The translations under genes were made by a program, and so were the position numbers. DNA of 60,689 nt from Haloferacaceae archaeon. GTDB taxonomy: Archaea > Halobacteriota > Halobacteria > Halobacteriales > Haloferacaceae. The DNA lies in the NCBI GenBank assembly GCA_042219485.1, contig JBDGPV010000003.1, positions 1 to 60,689 on the forward strand. Direction: 5' to 3'. Shown here piece after piece: positions 1-9,572 of this stretch; the first letter of the stretch is position 1, and every line of letters starts with the position of its first letter. The notes beneath the pieces are model-generated. The model made no database searches and was not told the DNA's origin. It was given only the letters and a program-made list of their open reading frames with translations.

Positions 1-545
1 ACCTCATCGCCTCGGTCGTCCTCGTCGTCTTCTCGATGGCGCTGTGGATCGCCTCGGCCAAGACCCTCCACGTGCAGGGCGTCCGCCCCAGCGGCTTCGA
101 GGCCGTCTCGCAGATGGCGAGCATCTTCACCGGCACGTACGGCGCCTGGTCGGGGGACCTCCTGCTGATCGCGGTGAGCTTCGCGCTGTTCTCCTCGATG
201 TTCGCGCCCGCCTACGGCGTCTCCCGGATCTGGGAGGACTCCTTTGGCTACATGGACGGGTTCAGGAAGTACGGGGTCGACCGGAAGCTGTTCTTCCGGG
301 TGGGGGTGATCTTCTTCCTGGCGGTGCCGCTGGCGCTGAACCTGGCGTTCGAGGTACCGCTGATCCTCTTTTCGGTGGGTGGCATCCTCTTTGCGCCGAT
401 CATCGGGCTGCTGTACCTGCTGGCGATCTACCTGTTTTTCACCGACATGCGCGATGAGTTGCAGCCCTACCGGTGGTGGGCGCTGCTGTTGGGCATCGCG
501 GCGGCCGTGATGACGCTGATCTCCTCGATCTCCTCCGCGCTCTGA
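1..545 (+). CDS. C-terminal part of a polytopic membrane transporter (Nramp/MntH-like by eye); 5' end lies outside the window
   Basis: The frame is open from base 3. There are at least 169 aa with 4-5 hydrophobic helices (GAWSGDLLLIAVSFALFSS..., ILFAPIIGLLYLLAIYLFF). Resemblance to the C-terminal half of Nramp transporters is from memory only. Confidence 0.5.
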   Translation, partial: LIASVVLVVFSMALWIASAKTLHVQGVRPSGFEAVSQMASIFTGTYGAWSGDLLLIAVSFALFSSMFAPAYGVSRIWEDSFGYMDGFRKYGVDRKLFFRVGVIFFLAVPLALNLAFEVPLILFSVGGILFAPIIGLLYLLAIYLFFTDMRDELQPYRWWALLLGIAAAVMTLISSISSAL

Positions 546-580
546 CCCCGCCGACCCCCCGTTTCGGGGGCCGTCCCCGC

Positions 581-1657
581 TCAGTTCCCGGTCCACCGCA
601 GGAGCGCCAGCGTTCCCTCGTACAGCGTGACCATCGTCACGGTCACGATGATCGGCGCCATCCCCGTCGGATCGGGCGAGACCAGGAAGGAGATGCCGAG
701 GAACGCGCCCCAGAACAGGAGCCGCTTGTCCTCCAGCCACCGCCGGGTCACCAGGCCCATCATGATGCCGAGCATGATGAGGAGGGGGATCTGGAAGACG
801 ATGGCCATGTAGCCCATCAGCAGGAGGATGAGGTTGAACGTCTCCCGGAGGCCGAAGGCGACGAGCGCGGTCCCGGTGGTGTAGGACGTGAAGTACGCGA
901 AGATGGCCGGCAGCACGACGAAGTGGGCGAACGAGACCCCGACGAACGCGAGCACGAGGCTGGTGGGGACGGCCGCGAGGTAGTAGCGCCGCTCGTGGGG
1001 GTACAGCCCCGGGCGCATGAACCGGTAGGACTGGTAGACGAGGACGGGCAGTCCGGCGATCAGCCCCGCGAGCCCCGCGACCTTCAGTTCGGTCAGGACG
1101 AGTTCGAGCGGCCCGTAGAGCCGCGGCCGGCGGTCCGCGATCGTCGCCGCCCCGGGGATGTGGGTGTTCCAGAGGTAGTTGATCAGGCTCTCCGCGGTCG
1201 GGAAGACCGCGAGCGTGACGATCCCGCCGACCAGGAAGACGATCCCGAGGCGGCGGATCATCTCCTCGATGTGGTCCGCCAGCGGCATCTCCACGTCGTC
1301 CTGGGGGCCTCCGCGATCGGGGCCGGCGTACTCCCCGGTCGCCGCGGGCGCCGCCGGGTCGGTCCCGACGGTCCCGGCGGTCCTGACGGCCCCGTCCCCG
1401 GCGGCGTCGGGGGTCGCGTCCGCCCCCGCGGCCCCGTCGGTCACGGCCGGCGCGTCGGGCGCGTCGGCGTCCCCCTCTCCGTCCCCGCCGACGGCGCCGG
1501 GCACGTCGCCGCTCCCGCCGGCGTCCCCCTCTCCGTCCCCGTCCCCGTCCGCGTCCGGGGCGGCGCCCGCGGCGGGGTCGGTCCCGTCGGCCCCGTCCGG
1601 GGCGGTATCCGCGTCCGCCCCCGGATCCGCGTCCGACGCCTCCCCGTCCTCGGACAT
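581..1657 (-). CDS. tatC: Twin-arginine translocase subunit TatC (single-domain paralog) with a ~120-aa acidic N-terminal extension
   Basis: The C-terminal ~235 aa has the six-helix TatC layout (MPLADHIEEMIRRLGIVFL..., SPDPTGM). A TATA-like TTATAGG sits about 28 nt upstream of the ATG at 1657. An alternative ATG lies at 1288. Confidence 0.85.
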   Translation of the reverse strand: MSEDGEASDADPGADADTAPDGADGTDPAAGAAPDADGDGDGEGDAGGSGDVPGAVGGDGEGDADAPDAPAVTDGAAGADATPDAAGDGAVRTAGTVGTDPAAPAATGEYAGPDRGGPQDDVEMPLADHIEEMIRRLGIVFLVGGIVTLAVFPTAESLINYLWNTHIPGAATIADRRPRLYGPLELVLTELKVAGLAGLIAGLPVLVYQSYRFMRPGLYPHERRYYLAAVPTSLVLAFVGVSFAHFVVLPAIFAYFTSYTTGTALVAFGLRETFNLILLLMGYMAIVFQIPLLIMLGIMMGLVTRRWLEDKRLLFWGAFLGISFLVSPDPTGMAPIIVTVTMVTLYEGTLALLRWTGN

Positions 1658-1791
1658 TCACGGTGGCTTGCTACCGGCCGGTTATAGGCCTTTTTCCATC
1701 GGCCGCCGGCCCGTGCCGGCCCCCAGCGACCCGAGACGGCGTCACGAGGCGCGTCCCAAGAGCCTAATGCGGCGCCGCCGAGGGGCGGCGC

Positions 1792-3114
1792 ATGGGACCG
1801 AACGGCAGCGCGCCCGACCTGGTCGTCGCCGGCGGCCGCGTCCTCCGGCCCGACATGACCGTCGAGCGGGCCGACGTGCTCGTCGACCGCGGCCGCGGGC
1901 GGATCCGCGAGGTGGCGCCGGACCTCGCCGCGGAGGCGAGCGGCGCCGACCGCCTCGACGCGACCGGGGGGCTGGTGATCCCCGGCCTGGTCAACGCCCA
2001 CGGCCACGTCGCGATGACGCTCCTGCGGGGCTACGCCGACGACAAGCCCCTCGACGCGTGGCTCCGCGAGGACATCTGGCCGGTGGAGGCGGCGCTCGAC
2101 CCCGCCGACGTCCGCGCCGGCGCCGAACTCGGGCTGGTCGAGATGATCCGGGCGGGCACGACCGCGTTCGCGGACATGTACTTCGAGGTGGACGAGACCG
2201 CCGCCGCCGTCGAGGCGGCGGGGCTCCGGGCGGTGCTTGGGTACGGCGCCGTGACCGTCGGCGAGGACGACGAGGCGGCCCGCGAGGAGGTCGAGCGCAG
2301 CGCCGCGGTCGCCCGCGAGCTGGACGGCGCCGCGGACGGCCGGATCGCGGCCGCCGTGATGCCCCACAGCCTCACGACCGTCGACCGGGACCTGCTGGAA
2401 CTTGCGGCCGACCTGGCCCGGGCGGCCGGGGTTCCCCTGCACTACCACGCCAACGAGACGGCCGCCGAGGTGGCGCCGTACGCCGAGGAGGGGACGCGGC
2501 CGCTCCGGTGGGCGGCCGACCACGGCCTGCTGGAGGCGGGGGACTTCCTCGCCCACTGCGTCCACCTCGACGAGGCGGAGATCGACCTGCTCGCCCGGTC
2601 GGGCGCCGCGGCGGTCCACTGTCCGGCCTCGAACATGAAGCTCGCGAGCGGCGCGGCGCCCGTGCCGGCCCTGCGCGAGGCCGGCGCGACCGTCGCCCTC
2701 GGCACCGACGGCCCGGCCTCGAACAACGACCTCGACCCGTTCGACGAGGCCCGCGACGCGGCGCTGCTCGCCAAGCACGCCGCCGGCGACGCCGCCGCCC
2801 TCCCCGCCGAGGCGGTCGTGCGCATGGCCACCGCCGAGGGCGCCGACGCCCTGGGGCTCGACGCCGGCCGGATCGAACCGGGGGCGGCCGCCGACCTCGC
2901 GGTGGTCGACCTGGAGGCGCCCCACCTCGCGCCCCCCCACGACCTCGTCTCGCACCTGGCCTACGCCGCCCGCGGCTCGGACGTGCGCCACACGGTCTGT
3001 GACGGCCGGGTGCTGATGCGCGACCGCGAGGTGCTGACGCTCGACGCCGCCGCCGCCCGCGACCGGGCCGCCGAGCGCGCGCGGGACCTGCTGGAGCGGG
3101 CGGGCGTCCCGTAG
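1792..3114 (+). CDS. mtaD: Amidohydrolase, 5-methylthioadenosine/S-adenosylhomocysteine deaminase family
   Basis: 440 aa with the HxH metal motif (VNAHGHVAMT) and the PGLVNAHGH...HANE...GTDG pattern of MtaD/DadD-type deaminases. A TATA-like CCTAATG lies about 26 nt upstream. Confidence 0.8.
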   Translation: MGPNGSAPDLVVAGGRVLRPDMTVERADVLVDRGRGRIREVAPDLAAEASGADRLDATGGLVIPGLVNAHGHVAMTLLRGYADDKPLDAWLREDIWPVEAALDPADVRAGAELGLVEMIRAGTTAFADMYFEVDETAAAVEAAGLRAVLGYGAVTVGEDDEAAREEVERSAAVARELDGAADGRIAAAVMPHSLTTVDRDLLELAADLARAAGVPLHYHANETAAEVAPYAEEGTRPLRWAADHGLLEAGDFLAHCVHLDEAEIDLLARSGAAAVHCPASNMKLASGAAPVPALREAGATVALGTDGPASNNDLDPFDEARDAALLAKHAAGDAAALPAEAVVRMATAEGADALGLDAGRIEPGAAADLAVVDLEAPHLAPPHDLVSHLAYAARGSDVRHTVCDGRVLMRDREVLTLDAAAARDRAAERARDLLERAGVP

Positions 3115-3207
3115 TCCCCCCGCCGGCCCCGGCGCGTCGCCGCCGGGCGCGGATCCGCGCCGCCCCGACTCCACAGCGTTTAGGCACGCCACCCCCTATC
3201 GGGCCCC

Positions 3208-4485
3208 ATGACCGCGCCGACCATCGCCGAGCGACTCGACGACCCCGCGGCGGCCCGGCGGGAGGGCGAGCGCAAGCTCGACTGGGCCCGCGCGCACATG
3301 CCCATCCTCGCCGAACTCCGGGAGGCGTTCGCGGCCGACCGGCCGCTCGCCGGCGAGCGGATCGGGATGGCGATGCACGTCGAGGCCAAGACCGCCGTCC
3401 TCGCGGAACTGTTCGCCCGCGGCGGCGCCGAGGTGGCGATCGCCGGCTGTAATCCCCTCTCGACGCAGGACGACGTGAGCGCCGCGCTCGACGCCGTCGA
3501 GGGCGTCACCTCCTACGCGGCCCACGGCGTGGACGACGACGAGTACTACGAGGCGCTGGCGACGGTCGCGGAGCGCGAGCCGACGGTGACCGTCGACGAC
3601 GGCTGCGACCTGGTCACGCTCGTTCACGAGGAGTACCCGGGCCTGATCGCCGGGATCCGCGGCGGGTGCGAGGAGACGACGACGGGCGTCGACCGCCTCC
3701 GGGCCATGGACGCCGACGGCGCGCTCGAGTACCCGGTGTTCGCGGTCAACGACACCCCGATGAAGGCGCTGTTCGACAACGTCCACGGCACCGGCGAGTC
3801 CGCGCTGACCAACATCGCGATGACCACCAACCTCGCGCTGGCCGGCAAGACGGTCGTCGTCGCGGGCTACGGCCGCTGCGGGCAGGGCGTCGCGCGGAAG
3901 GCCGAGGGGCTCGACGCCGACGTCGTCGTCACGGAGGTCGACCCCCGCCGGGCGCTGGCGGCCCACATGGAGGGCCACGAGGTGCTGCCGATGGCCGAGG
4001 CGGCCGCCGAGGGCGACGTGTTCGTCACGACGACGGGCAACCGCGACGTCATCACGGGCGAGCACTTCGAGCGGATGGCCGACGGGGTCGTCCTCGCCAA
4101 CGCCGGCCACTTCGACGTGGAGGTGAACCTCGACGACCTCGACGACCTCGCCGCCGCGCGACGGGAGGTCCGCCCCGGCGTCGAGGAGTACGAGCTGCCG
4201 GACGGCCGCCGGCTGAACGTGCTGGCCGAGGGGCGACTCGTCAACCTCGCCGGACCGCTCTCGATGGGCCACCCGGTCGAGGTGATGGACCAGAGCTTCG
4301 GGGTGCAGGCGGTCTGCGTCCGCGAACTCGTGGAGGCCGACGAGTACGGGCCGGGCGTCCACGAGGTGCCCGACCGGCTGGACCGCGAGGTGGCCGAGAC
4401 CAAACTCGCCGCCGAGGGGATCGAGATCGACTCGCTCACCGACGAGCAGCGCGAGTACATGGACTCCTGGCGGCACGGGACGTAG
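3208..4485 (+). CDS. ahcY: Adenosylhomocysteinase
   Basis: 425 aa. It has the typical AhcY N-terminus (KLDWARAHMPIL), CNPLSTQDDV, the NAD-binding GYGRCGQGVA, and the C-terminal YMDSWRHGT. Confidence 0.92.
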   Translation: MTAPTIAERLDDPAAARREGERKLDWARAHMPILAELREAFAADRPLAGERIGMAMHVEAKTAVLAELFARGGAEVAIAGCNPLSTQDDVSAALDAVEGVTSYAAHGVDDDEYYEALATVAEREPTVTVDDGCDLVTLVHEEYPGLIAGIRGGCEETTTGVDRLRAMDADGALEYPVFAVNDTPMKALFDNVHGTGESALTNIAMTTNLALAGKTVVVAGYGRCGQGVARKAEGLDADVVVTEVDPRRALAAHMEGHEVLPMAEAAAEGDVFVTTTGNRDVITGEHFERMADGVVLANAGHFDVEVNLDDLDDLAAARREVRPGVEEYELPDGRRLNVLAEGRLVNLAGPLSMGHPVEVMDQSFGVQAVCVRELVEADEYGPGVHEVPDRLDREVAETKLAAEGIEIDSLTDEQREYMDSWRHGT

Positions 4486-4636
4486 ACCCGCAGTCGCGGA
4501 TCGTCACTGCCGACCGCGTCCGGCGCGCGATTTCGGCGATCCTGTGTTTTCCGATGTGGTCGCAATATCTCAATATATTCGTCCATTCGTTTTACCTCTC
4601 GGAATGTTTTTTTACTTTTCAGTCCGATGCGCCCCC

Positions 4637-5017
4637 ATGGCTGGCGAAACGATGTACGACCGCCTCGGCGGACGCGACGGAATCCGGGCCGTGGTCGACG
4701 ACTTCTACGACAGGCTGCTCGCCGACGATGAGCTCGGGCCGTTCTTCGAGGACGCGGACATGGAGAAGCTCCGGCGGACCCAGACCGACTTCCTGTGCGA
4801 GGCCGCGGGCGGGCCGGAGACCTACGACGCCGAGCCCGTCCGCGAGGCCCACCTCCACGTGCCGTTCACCCCGGCGCACATCCGGCGAGCCGTCGAGCTG
4901 CTGTACGAGAGCCTGGACGAGTTCGACGTGCCCGACGACGACGCCGACCGCGTCGTGCAGGCGGTCGCGGCGTACGAGGAGGACCTGCTGGCGGGGCCGG
5001 ACGACGAGGGACCGTGA
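4637..5017 (+). CDS. Group 1 truncated hemoglobin (trHbN-like globin)
   Basis: MYDRLGGRDGIRAVVDDFYDRLLADDELGPFF... is the trHb signature. The ORF track starts further upstream in AT-rich non-coding-looking sequence. The ATG at 4637 lies 26 nt after a T7AC TATA-like run. Confidence 0.75.
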   Translation: MAGETMYDRLGGRDGIRAVVDDFYDRLLADDELGPFFEDADMEKLRRTQTDFLCEAAGGPETYDAEPVREAHLHVPFTPAHIRRAVELLYESLDEFDVPDDDADRVVQAVAAYEEDLLAGPDDEGP

Positions 5018-5092
5018 GCGGTCCGTCGGCCGGCACGCGCCGATCGGCGGGTCCGCGCGGGTCGGCACGCGCACCGCGGTCGCGCCGGGACC

Positions 5093-6646
5093 TCACGCCC
5101 GCGATTCGAGCAGCGCGAACAGCCCGCCGAGGGTGGCCCCCCACGCGACGTGACCGACCAGCGAGGCGAGGTCGAGGTTCGGCAGGGGCGCCGGCACGCC
5201 GACCGCCCGGAGCCACAGCGGCATCACGACCCCGGCGGCGACGAGCCACAGCAGGACGCCGTACCCGACCCCGGCGGCCGCGCTCGCCGCCGGGCGCTCC
5301 CGGAGCCGTCGCAGCCGCGTGACGGTCAGCGCGACCGCGAAGCCGACGCCGAAGACCGCGCTGTGAAACAGGTGGACGACCCAGCCGACGCCGACGTTCA
5401 TGCCGGCGTAGAGCGCGCCGATGACCGCGATGCCGGCCGTGGTGGCCTGGAGGAGCCCCCCCATGACCACGCCCGCCACGAGCGCGGCCGCGGTCACCCG
5501 GCCGAGCCGTCGCGGCGGGACGCCCGCCCGGGCCCGCTCGCTCCCGGCGCGGGAGAGATGCAGCGTCACCGCCGTGCCGCCCGCGACGGGCGCCCCGCCG
5601 TCGGTGCCCCGGGCGGCGTCCGCCCCCGGTGGGCCCCCGTCGACGGGCGTCTCGACCGTCGCGCGGCCCCCGACGCCGTCGAGGAAGAGCCGGACGAACG
5701 GCAGGCCGAACCCGCTGCCGGGGTCGTCGTACTCCGGGAGCGCCCCCTCCTCCAGGAGGCGTCGCTGGGCGTCGGGCAGGCCGGGCCCCTCGTCGACCAC
5801 GCGGACGGTCGCCGTCCGCTCGTCGGCGTCGGCCTCGACCCGGACGCGGGGCGCCGGACCGTCGGCGTGCTCGATCCCGTTGTCGAGCAGGTGCTCGACG
5901 GCCAGGTGGAGCCGCTCGTTGCCCCGGACCGCGACCGCGGGGAGGTCGCCGACCTCGATCCGCGCGTCCGGCCGCCGTTCCCGGACGGCGGCGGCCGCCG
6001 TCCGGACCTGCTCGTCCAGGCGGACGTCCCGCGGCTCGTCCGACGCGGCGATGATGCCGACCTCGTCGACGACCTCGCCGATCCGGGCGATGCGTCGGGC
6101 GATGACCTCGTCGCCGTCGCTCCCGTCCAGCCCCACGTACCCCTGGATCACGTTCACGCCGTTGAGCACCTCGTGGCGGAGGATCCGGTTGAGGAAGGTG
6201 AGCCGGTCGGTCCGGACGGCGAGCGCCTCGCGGCTGCGCCGGGAGGCGGCCGAGCGCTCGCCCGTGACCGTGCCGCCGACCGCGCCGGCGAGCAGGACGT
6301 TCGCCACCAGCCGCGAGCCGAGCATCCCCACGACCGACCCGCCGGTCGAGGCGTACGTGGCGACGATGACGAGGCCGACCCCGGCGCTGCCGATCACGCA
6401 CCACCGGGCGACGGTGACCGCCTCGCCGGCCGGGCGGTCGCTCGCCGCCAGCCCGATGCCGTAGACCGTCAGCCCGAGCCCGACGGCGAGCGCCGGGGCG
6501 TCCCCGAGGAGGAACGTGGCCAGGTCGCTGCCGGTCCGGACCGACACGAGCACGGGGTACCGGGTCAGCAGGAAGCCGACCGCGGCGACCGCGAGCCCCG
6601 CCGCGACCCGTCGTCTCCGGTCGCCGCCGGCCGGCGCGTTCCTCAT
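5093..6646 (-). CDS. Membrane sensor histidine kinase with transmembrane blocks at both ends
   Basis: H-box [16 protein letters not shown] and ATPase boxes VVDEGPGLP and GSGFGLPFV. There are about 5 N-terminal and about 4 C-terminal hydrophobic helices. The start at MRNAP (6646) is supported by a GGCTAATCC TATA about 30 nt upstream. Confidence 0.8.
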   Translation of the reverse strand: MRNAPAGGDRRRRVAAGLAVAAVGFLLTRYPVLVSVRTGSDLATFLLGDAPALAVGLGLTVYGIGLAASDRPAGEAVTVARWCVIGSAGVGLVIVATYASTGGSVVGMLGSRLVANVLLAGAVGGTVTGERSAASRRSREALAVRTDRLTFLNRILRHEVLNGVNVIQGYVGLDGSDGDEVIARRIARIGEVVDEVGIIAASDEPRDVRLDEQVRTAAAAVRERRPDARIEVGDLPAVAVRGNERLHLAVEHLLDNGIEHADGPAPRVRVEADADERTATVRVVDEGPGLPDAQRRLLEEGALPEYDDPGSGFGLPFVRLFLDGVGGRATVETPVDGGPPGADAARGTDGGAPVAGGTAVTLHLSRAGSERARAGVPPRRLGRVTAAALVAGVVMGGLLQATTAGIAVIGALYAGMNVGVGWVVHLFHSAVFGVGFAVALTVTRLRRLRERPAASAAAGVGYGVLLWLVAAGVVMPLWLRAVGVPAPLPNLDLASLVGHVAWGATLGGLFALLESRA

Positions 6647-6788
6647 CGTCGCCGATTGTCGCTCCACCGGGATTAGCCGTGCGGCGGTCGTGTGTGAATC
6701 GCGCACGGCCGATGCGTCGCGCACGACCGACGGCGGCCCGTCCCCCCGGCCCGTCCGGTTTAAGCCGTCGGCCCGCCGAGGGGACGGC

Positions 6789-7247
6789 ATGGCCGCGAAC
6801 CGGAAGGGCGACCGCCGGGAGCGCGAACTGGTGAACGAGCTCGACGCGGCGGGCTTCGCGGTGATGCGCGCGCCGGCGAGCGGCAGCGCCACCGACCGGG
6901 ACCTGCCGGACGTCCTCGCCGGGGACGGCGAGACGTTCTACGCCATCGAGGCGAAGTCGTCGTCCGGCGATCCGATCTACCTCGACGGCGAGGAGGTCGA
7001 GTCGCTGATCTACTTCGCCCGCAATTTCGGCGCGAAGGCCCGGATCGGCGTCCGGTTCGACCGGGAGGACTGGTACTTCTTCCACCCCGGCGAACTCCAC
7101 ACCACCGACGGCGGCAACTACCGGGTGAAACGCGAGACGGCGCTCGCGGAGGGGACCGACTTCGACGAGCTGGTCGGCCACTCCGAGCAGGCCCGACTCG
7201 GCGAGGCTGGCGGCGAGGCCGGCGGGGGGAACGCCGACGCGTCGTAG
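6789..7247 (+). CDS. hjc: Holliday junction resolvase Hjc
   Basis: [27 protein letters not shown]...[18 protein letters not shown] is the Hjc nuclease core. A GGTTTAAGCC TATA lies about 27 nt upstream. Confidence 0.85.
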   Translation: MAANRKGDRRERELVNELDAAGFAVMRAPASGSATDRDLPDVLAGDGETFYAIEAKSSSGDPIYLDGEEVESLIYFARNFGAKARIGVRFDREDWYFFHPGELHTTDGGNYRVKRETALAEGTDFDELVGHSEQARLGEAGGEAGGGNADAS

Positions 7248-7260
7248 CCGGCGGCGGGGC

Positions 7261-7959
7261 TCACGCGTCGCCGGGGCCGACCGGGACGGCGAGCCGCGCC
7301 GCCACCGCCGGGTCGACCGGGACGAGCCGCGAGGCGGGGAAGGCGTACCGGCGGGTCTCGTCGCCGCCGGCGGCGGCCAGGTAGACCGCCCGCACCACCG
7401 GCTCGTGGGCGCCGTACGCGTCGTTGGTCGGGTAGTCGGCGACGAGACGGCCCTCGTCGGTCCGGTGCTCGTCGGCGCGTTCGCCGGTCGTCCCGGTCAC
7501 GACGAGCAGGCCGCCGGTCTCGCGGTCCCGGACCACGTCGCCCGGGGCCCGCTCGTGGCGGTCACAGAGCCGCGGGCCGTCGGCGGTCATCGGCACGAAC
7601 AGGGCGGCCCCACAGACGGCGCAGGCGCCGGTCCGCTCGTCCGGGGCCGGGACGCGGCCGGCGGTCACCGCCATGGCGACCCGGCGGAGGTGCTTGCACC
7701 GGGCGCCGCGGATGGCGTGGTCGGGGCAGGTGCAGGTCCCGCCGTCGAGGGCGACGACGTAGGTGCCGCCCCCGGTCTCGACGGCGTACCGCCCGTCGCG
7801 GAGCGGCCGGACCGTCATCGGCTCGGTCCGGGCCCGCGCCGCGCGGGTTCGGGCGTCGTCGCCGTCGCCGGGATCGAACGGGGACCGCCCGTCGTCGTCC
7901 CCCGGCCCGCCGGGGCCGCGGGGCGGCGCCGACGCGGTCGTGTCGCTCGGGTGTGTCAT
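7261..7959 (-). CDS. SWIM zinc-finger protein with a second Cys cluster
   Basis: CxCx(n)CxH SWIM signature CTCPDHAIRGARCKH, followed by CAVCGAAL...CDRH. 232 aa. Confidence 0.7.
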   Translation of the reverse strand: MTHPSDTTASAPPRGPGGPGDDDGRSPFDPGDGDDARTRAARARTEPMTVRPLRDGRYAVETGGGTYVVALDGGTCTCPDHAIRGARCKHLRRVAMAVTAGRVPAPDERTGACAVCGAALFVPMTADGPRLCDRHERAPGDVVRDRETGGLLVVTGTTGERADEHRTDEGRLVADYPTNDAYGAHEPVVRAVYLAAAGGDETRRYAFPASRLVPVDPAVAARLAVPVGPGDA

Positions 7960-8087
7960 CTGGGATCGGGAGCGGGGACGCTCCGGCCGGATTAGGGGGC
8001 GAGCGCCCCTAAACCCTCGTTTCCGGGGCTCGTCCCGCCGCCGCCGGTATCGAAGGGGTTTTCATACCACCGCCGGAACGCCGGCGC

Positions 8088-8288
8088 ATGGATCTCGAAG
8101 AGGGGATGGTGCGCAAGATCACCGTCGCGACCGCCACGGTGGTCGGCTTCCTCGTGCTCATCGTTCTCATCGGGGTCTCCTTCGGCGGGGGCGACGGGCT
8201 CACCCGGACGGGCGCGCTGGGCCTGGTCGGGGCCATCGTCCTGTTCATCGTCGCGATGGCCGGCGTCGGCCTCTACCTCGACGAGTGA
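8088..8288 (+). CDS. Small two-helix membrane protein
   Basis: 66 aa with two hydrophobic helices. A GGTTTTCATACC TATA-like box lies about 28 nt upstream. Codon third-position GC is typical of local genes. Confidence 0.55.
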   Translation: MDLEEGMVRKITVATATVVGFLVLIVLIGVSFGGGDGLTRTGALGLVGAIVLFIVAMAGVGLYLDE

Positions 8289-8304
8289 CGCCCCCGGGCC
8301 GCGG

Positions 8305-9489
8305 TCAGGCCCCGGAGCCGGCGCCCGCCGCCGGTTCGTCCGCGGGTTCGGCCCCCGACGCGCCGTCGCTCCCGCCGTCGCCGTCGCCGTCCTCGCCGCC
8401 GCCGTCCCCGTCGCCACCGGCCGTGTCGTCGGCGTCCCGCGCCGCCCCCTCGTAGTACGCGAGCGGGTGCGCGATGGTCTCGCACCGCTCGTCGGGGTTC
8501 ACGCAGTCGCCCTGGGCCTGCATCGTAGCACAGGAGGGGGTCGGATACTGGGCCCGGCCGTCGTCGGCGAGCACCGTCGCCGGGAACTCGACCGCCTCGG
8601 GATCGACGCCCGCGACGGCGGCCATCCGGTCGCGGTCACACCCGAGGTCCGCGAGGAAGGACAGAAGCGCCACCAGCGACCGCGGCGGCAGGTCCTCGCC
8701 GGCCCGCGCCCGCTCCGCGAGCGCGCGGATACAGGGGGGGAACAGGTCGGGCCGGACCCGGTCGGCGTCCGGGCGCGGGATCCGGTCGGCGAGCAGGCGG
8801 CGCAGGCCCGCCACCTCCGCGGCGAGGGCGTCCGCGAGCGCCTCGCCCGCCTCGCCCGCGACGGGGAACGGGAGGCCGTCCGCCACCCGGTCGCGGACGG
8901 CGGCCTCCAGCAGGCGGTGACACTCCTCCCGCTCGACCGGCACTCGGCCGTCCGCCAGCTGTCGGTTGACCAGCCGCCAGCGGTCCCCCCACTCCGGGTC
9001 GGCCAGCCGGAGGTACGGCGCGACGTCGATCCGGAACCGGCCGTCGCCGGCCCGGGCGACGGCGCCGTCGAGGTCGAACTCGGCGAGCAGGTCCCCGAGG
9101 CCGATCCGGCCCCTGCCGCCGGGGGTCCGATCCCGGTCCCGGTCCCGGTCCCGGTCGGGGCGCCCGGCCTCGACGTCCGCGACGAACCGCTCGCGCGCCG
9201 TCCGCGCCTCGGCGGCCGCGTATTTCTCGACGGCGGCGGGGGCGTCGAGCAGCGACACCAGCACCCGGGCGACGGGGTATGAGAGCAGTTCGTCCCGGGG
9301 CTCCCACCGGTCGGGCTCGGCCGCGGCGACCGTCCCCGACCGCAGGGCGCGCTCGACCCGCTCGACCCCCCGCTCGACCGCCGGCGCGTCGGCGGCCGCC
9401 AGCTCCGCCGGCGCGACGTCGAGGCGTTCGACGGTCCGCCGGGCCGTCGCCAGGAACGGGTACCGGGCGTCCCGGGGGTCGACCTCCAT
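8305..9489 (-). CDS. priL: DNA primase large (regulatory) subunit PriL
   Basis: N-terminal YPF...ELLSYPVARVLVSL, and the C-terminal Fe-S domain cysteines (FPPCIRAL...CATMQAQGDCVNPDERC). It ends in an acidic Gly/Asp tail. Confidence 0.85.
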   Translation of the reverse strand: MEVDPRDARYPFLATARRTVERLDVAPAELAAADAPAVERGVERVERALRSGTVAAAEPDRWEPRDELLSYPVARVLVSLLDAPAAVEKYAAAEARTARERFVADVEAGRPDRDRDRDRDRTPGGRGRIGLGDLLAEFDLDGAVARAGDGRFRIDVAPYLRLADPEWGDRWRLVNRQLADGRVPVEREECHRLLEAAVRDRVADGLPFPVAGEAGEALADALAAEVAGLRRLLADRIPRPDADRVRPDLFPPCIRALAERARAGEDLPPRSLVALLSFLADLGCDRDRMAAVAGVDPEAVEFPATVLADDGRAQYPTPSCATMQAQGDCVNPDERCETIAHPLAYYEGAARDADDTAGGDGDGGGEDGDGDGGSDGASGAEPADEPAAGAGSGA

Positions 9490-9572
9490 GCCGCCCGGGT
9501 TCGGACCGGGGGGCTAAAGGCGCGGCGGTCGGACCGCCGGAGCTAAGACCGCCCGGCCCGCACCCGTCGCCG

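Noticed and set aside
4866-7181. 771-aa minus-strand ORF and the 508-aa plus-strand ORF at 5150-6676
   Set aside because: Both are alternative frames of the histidine kinase/hjc region with Arg/Pro/Gly shadow composition. The frame with H-box and ATPase motifs (5093-6646) explains the region.
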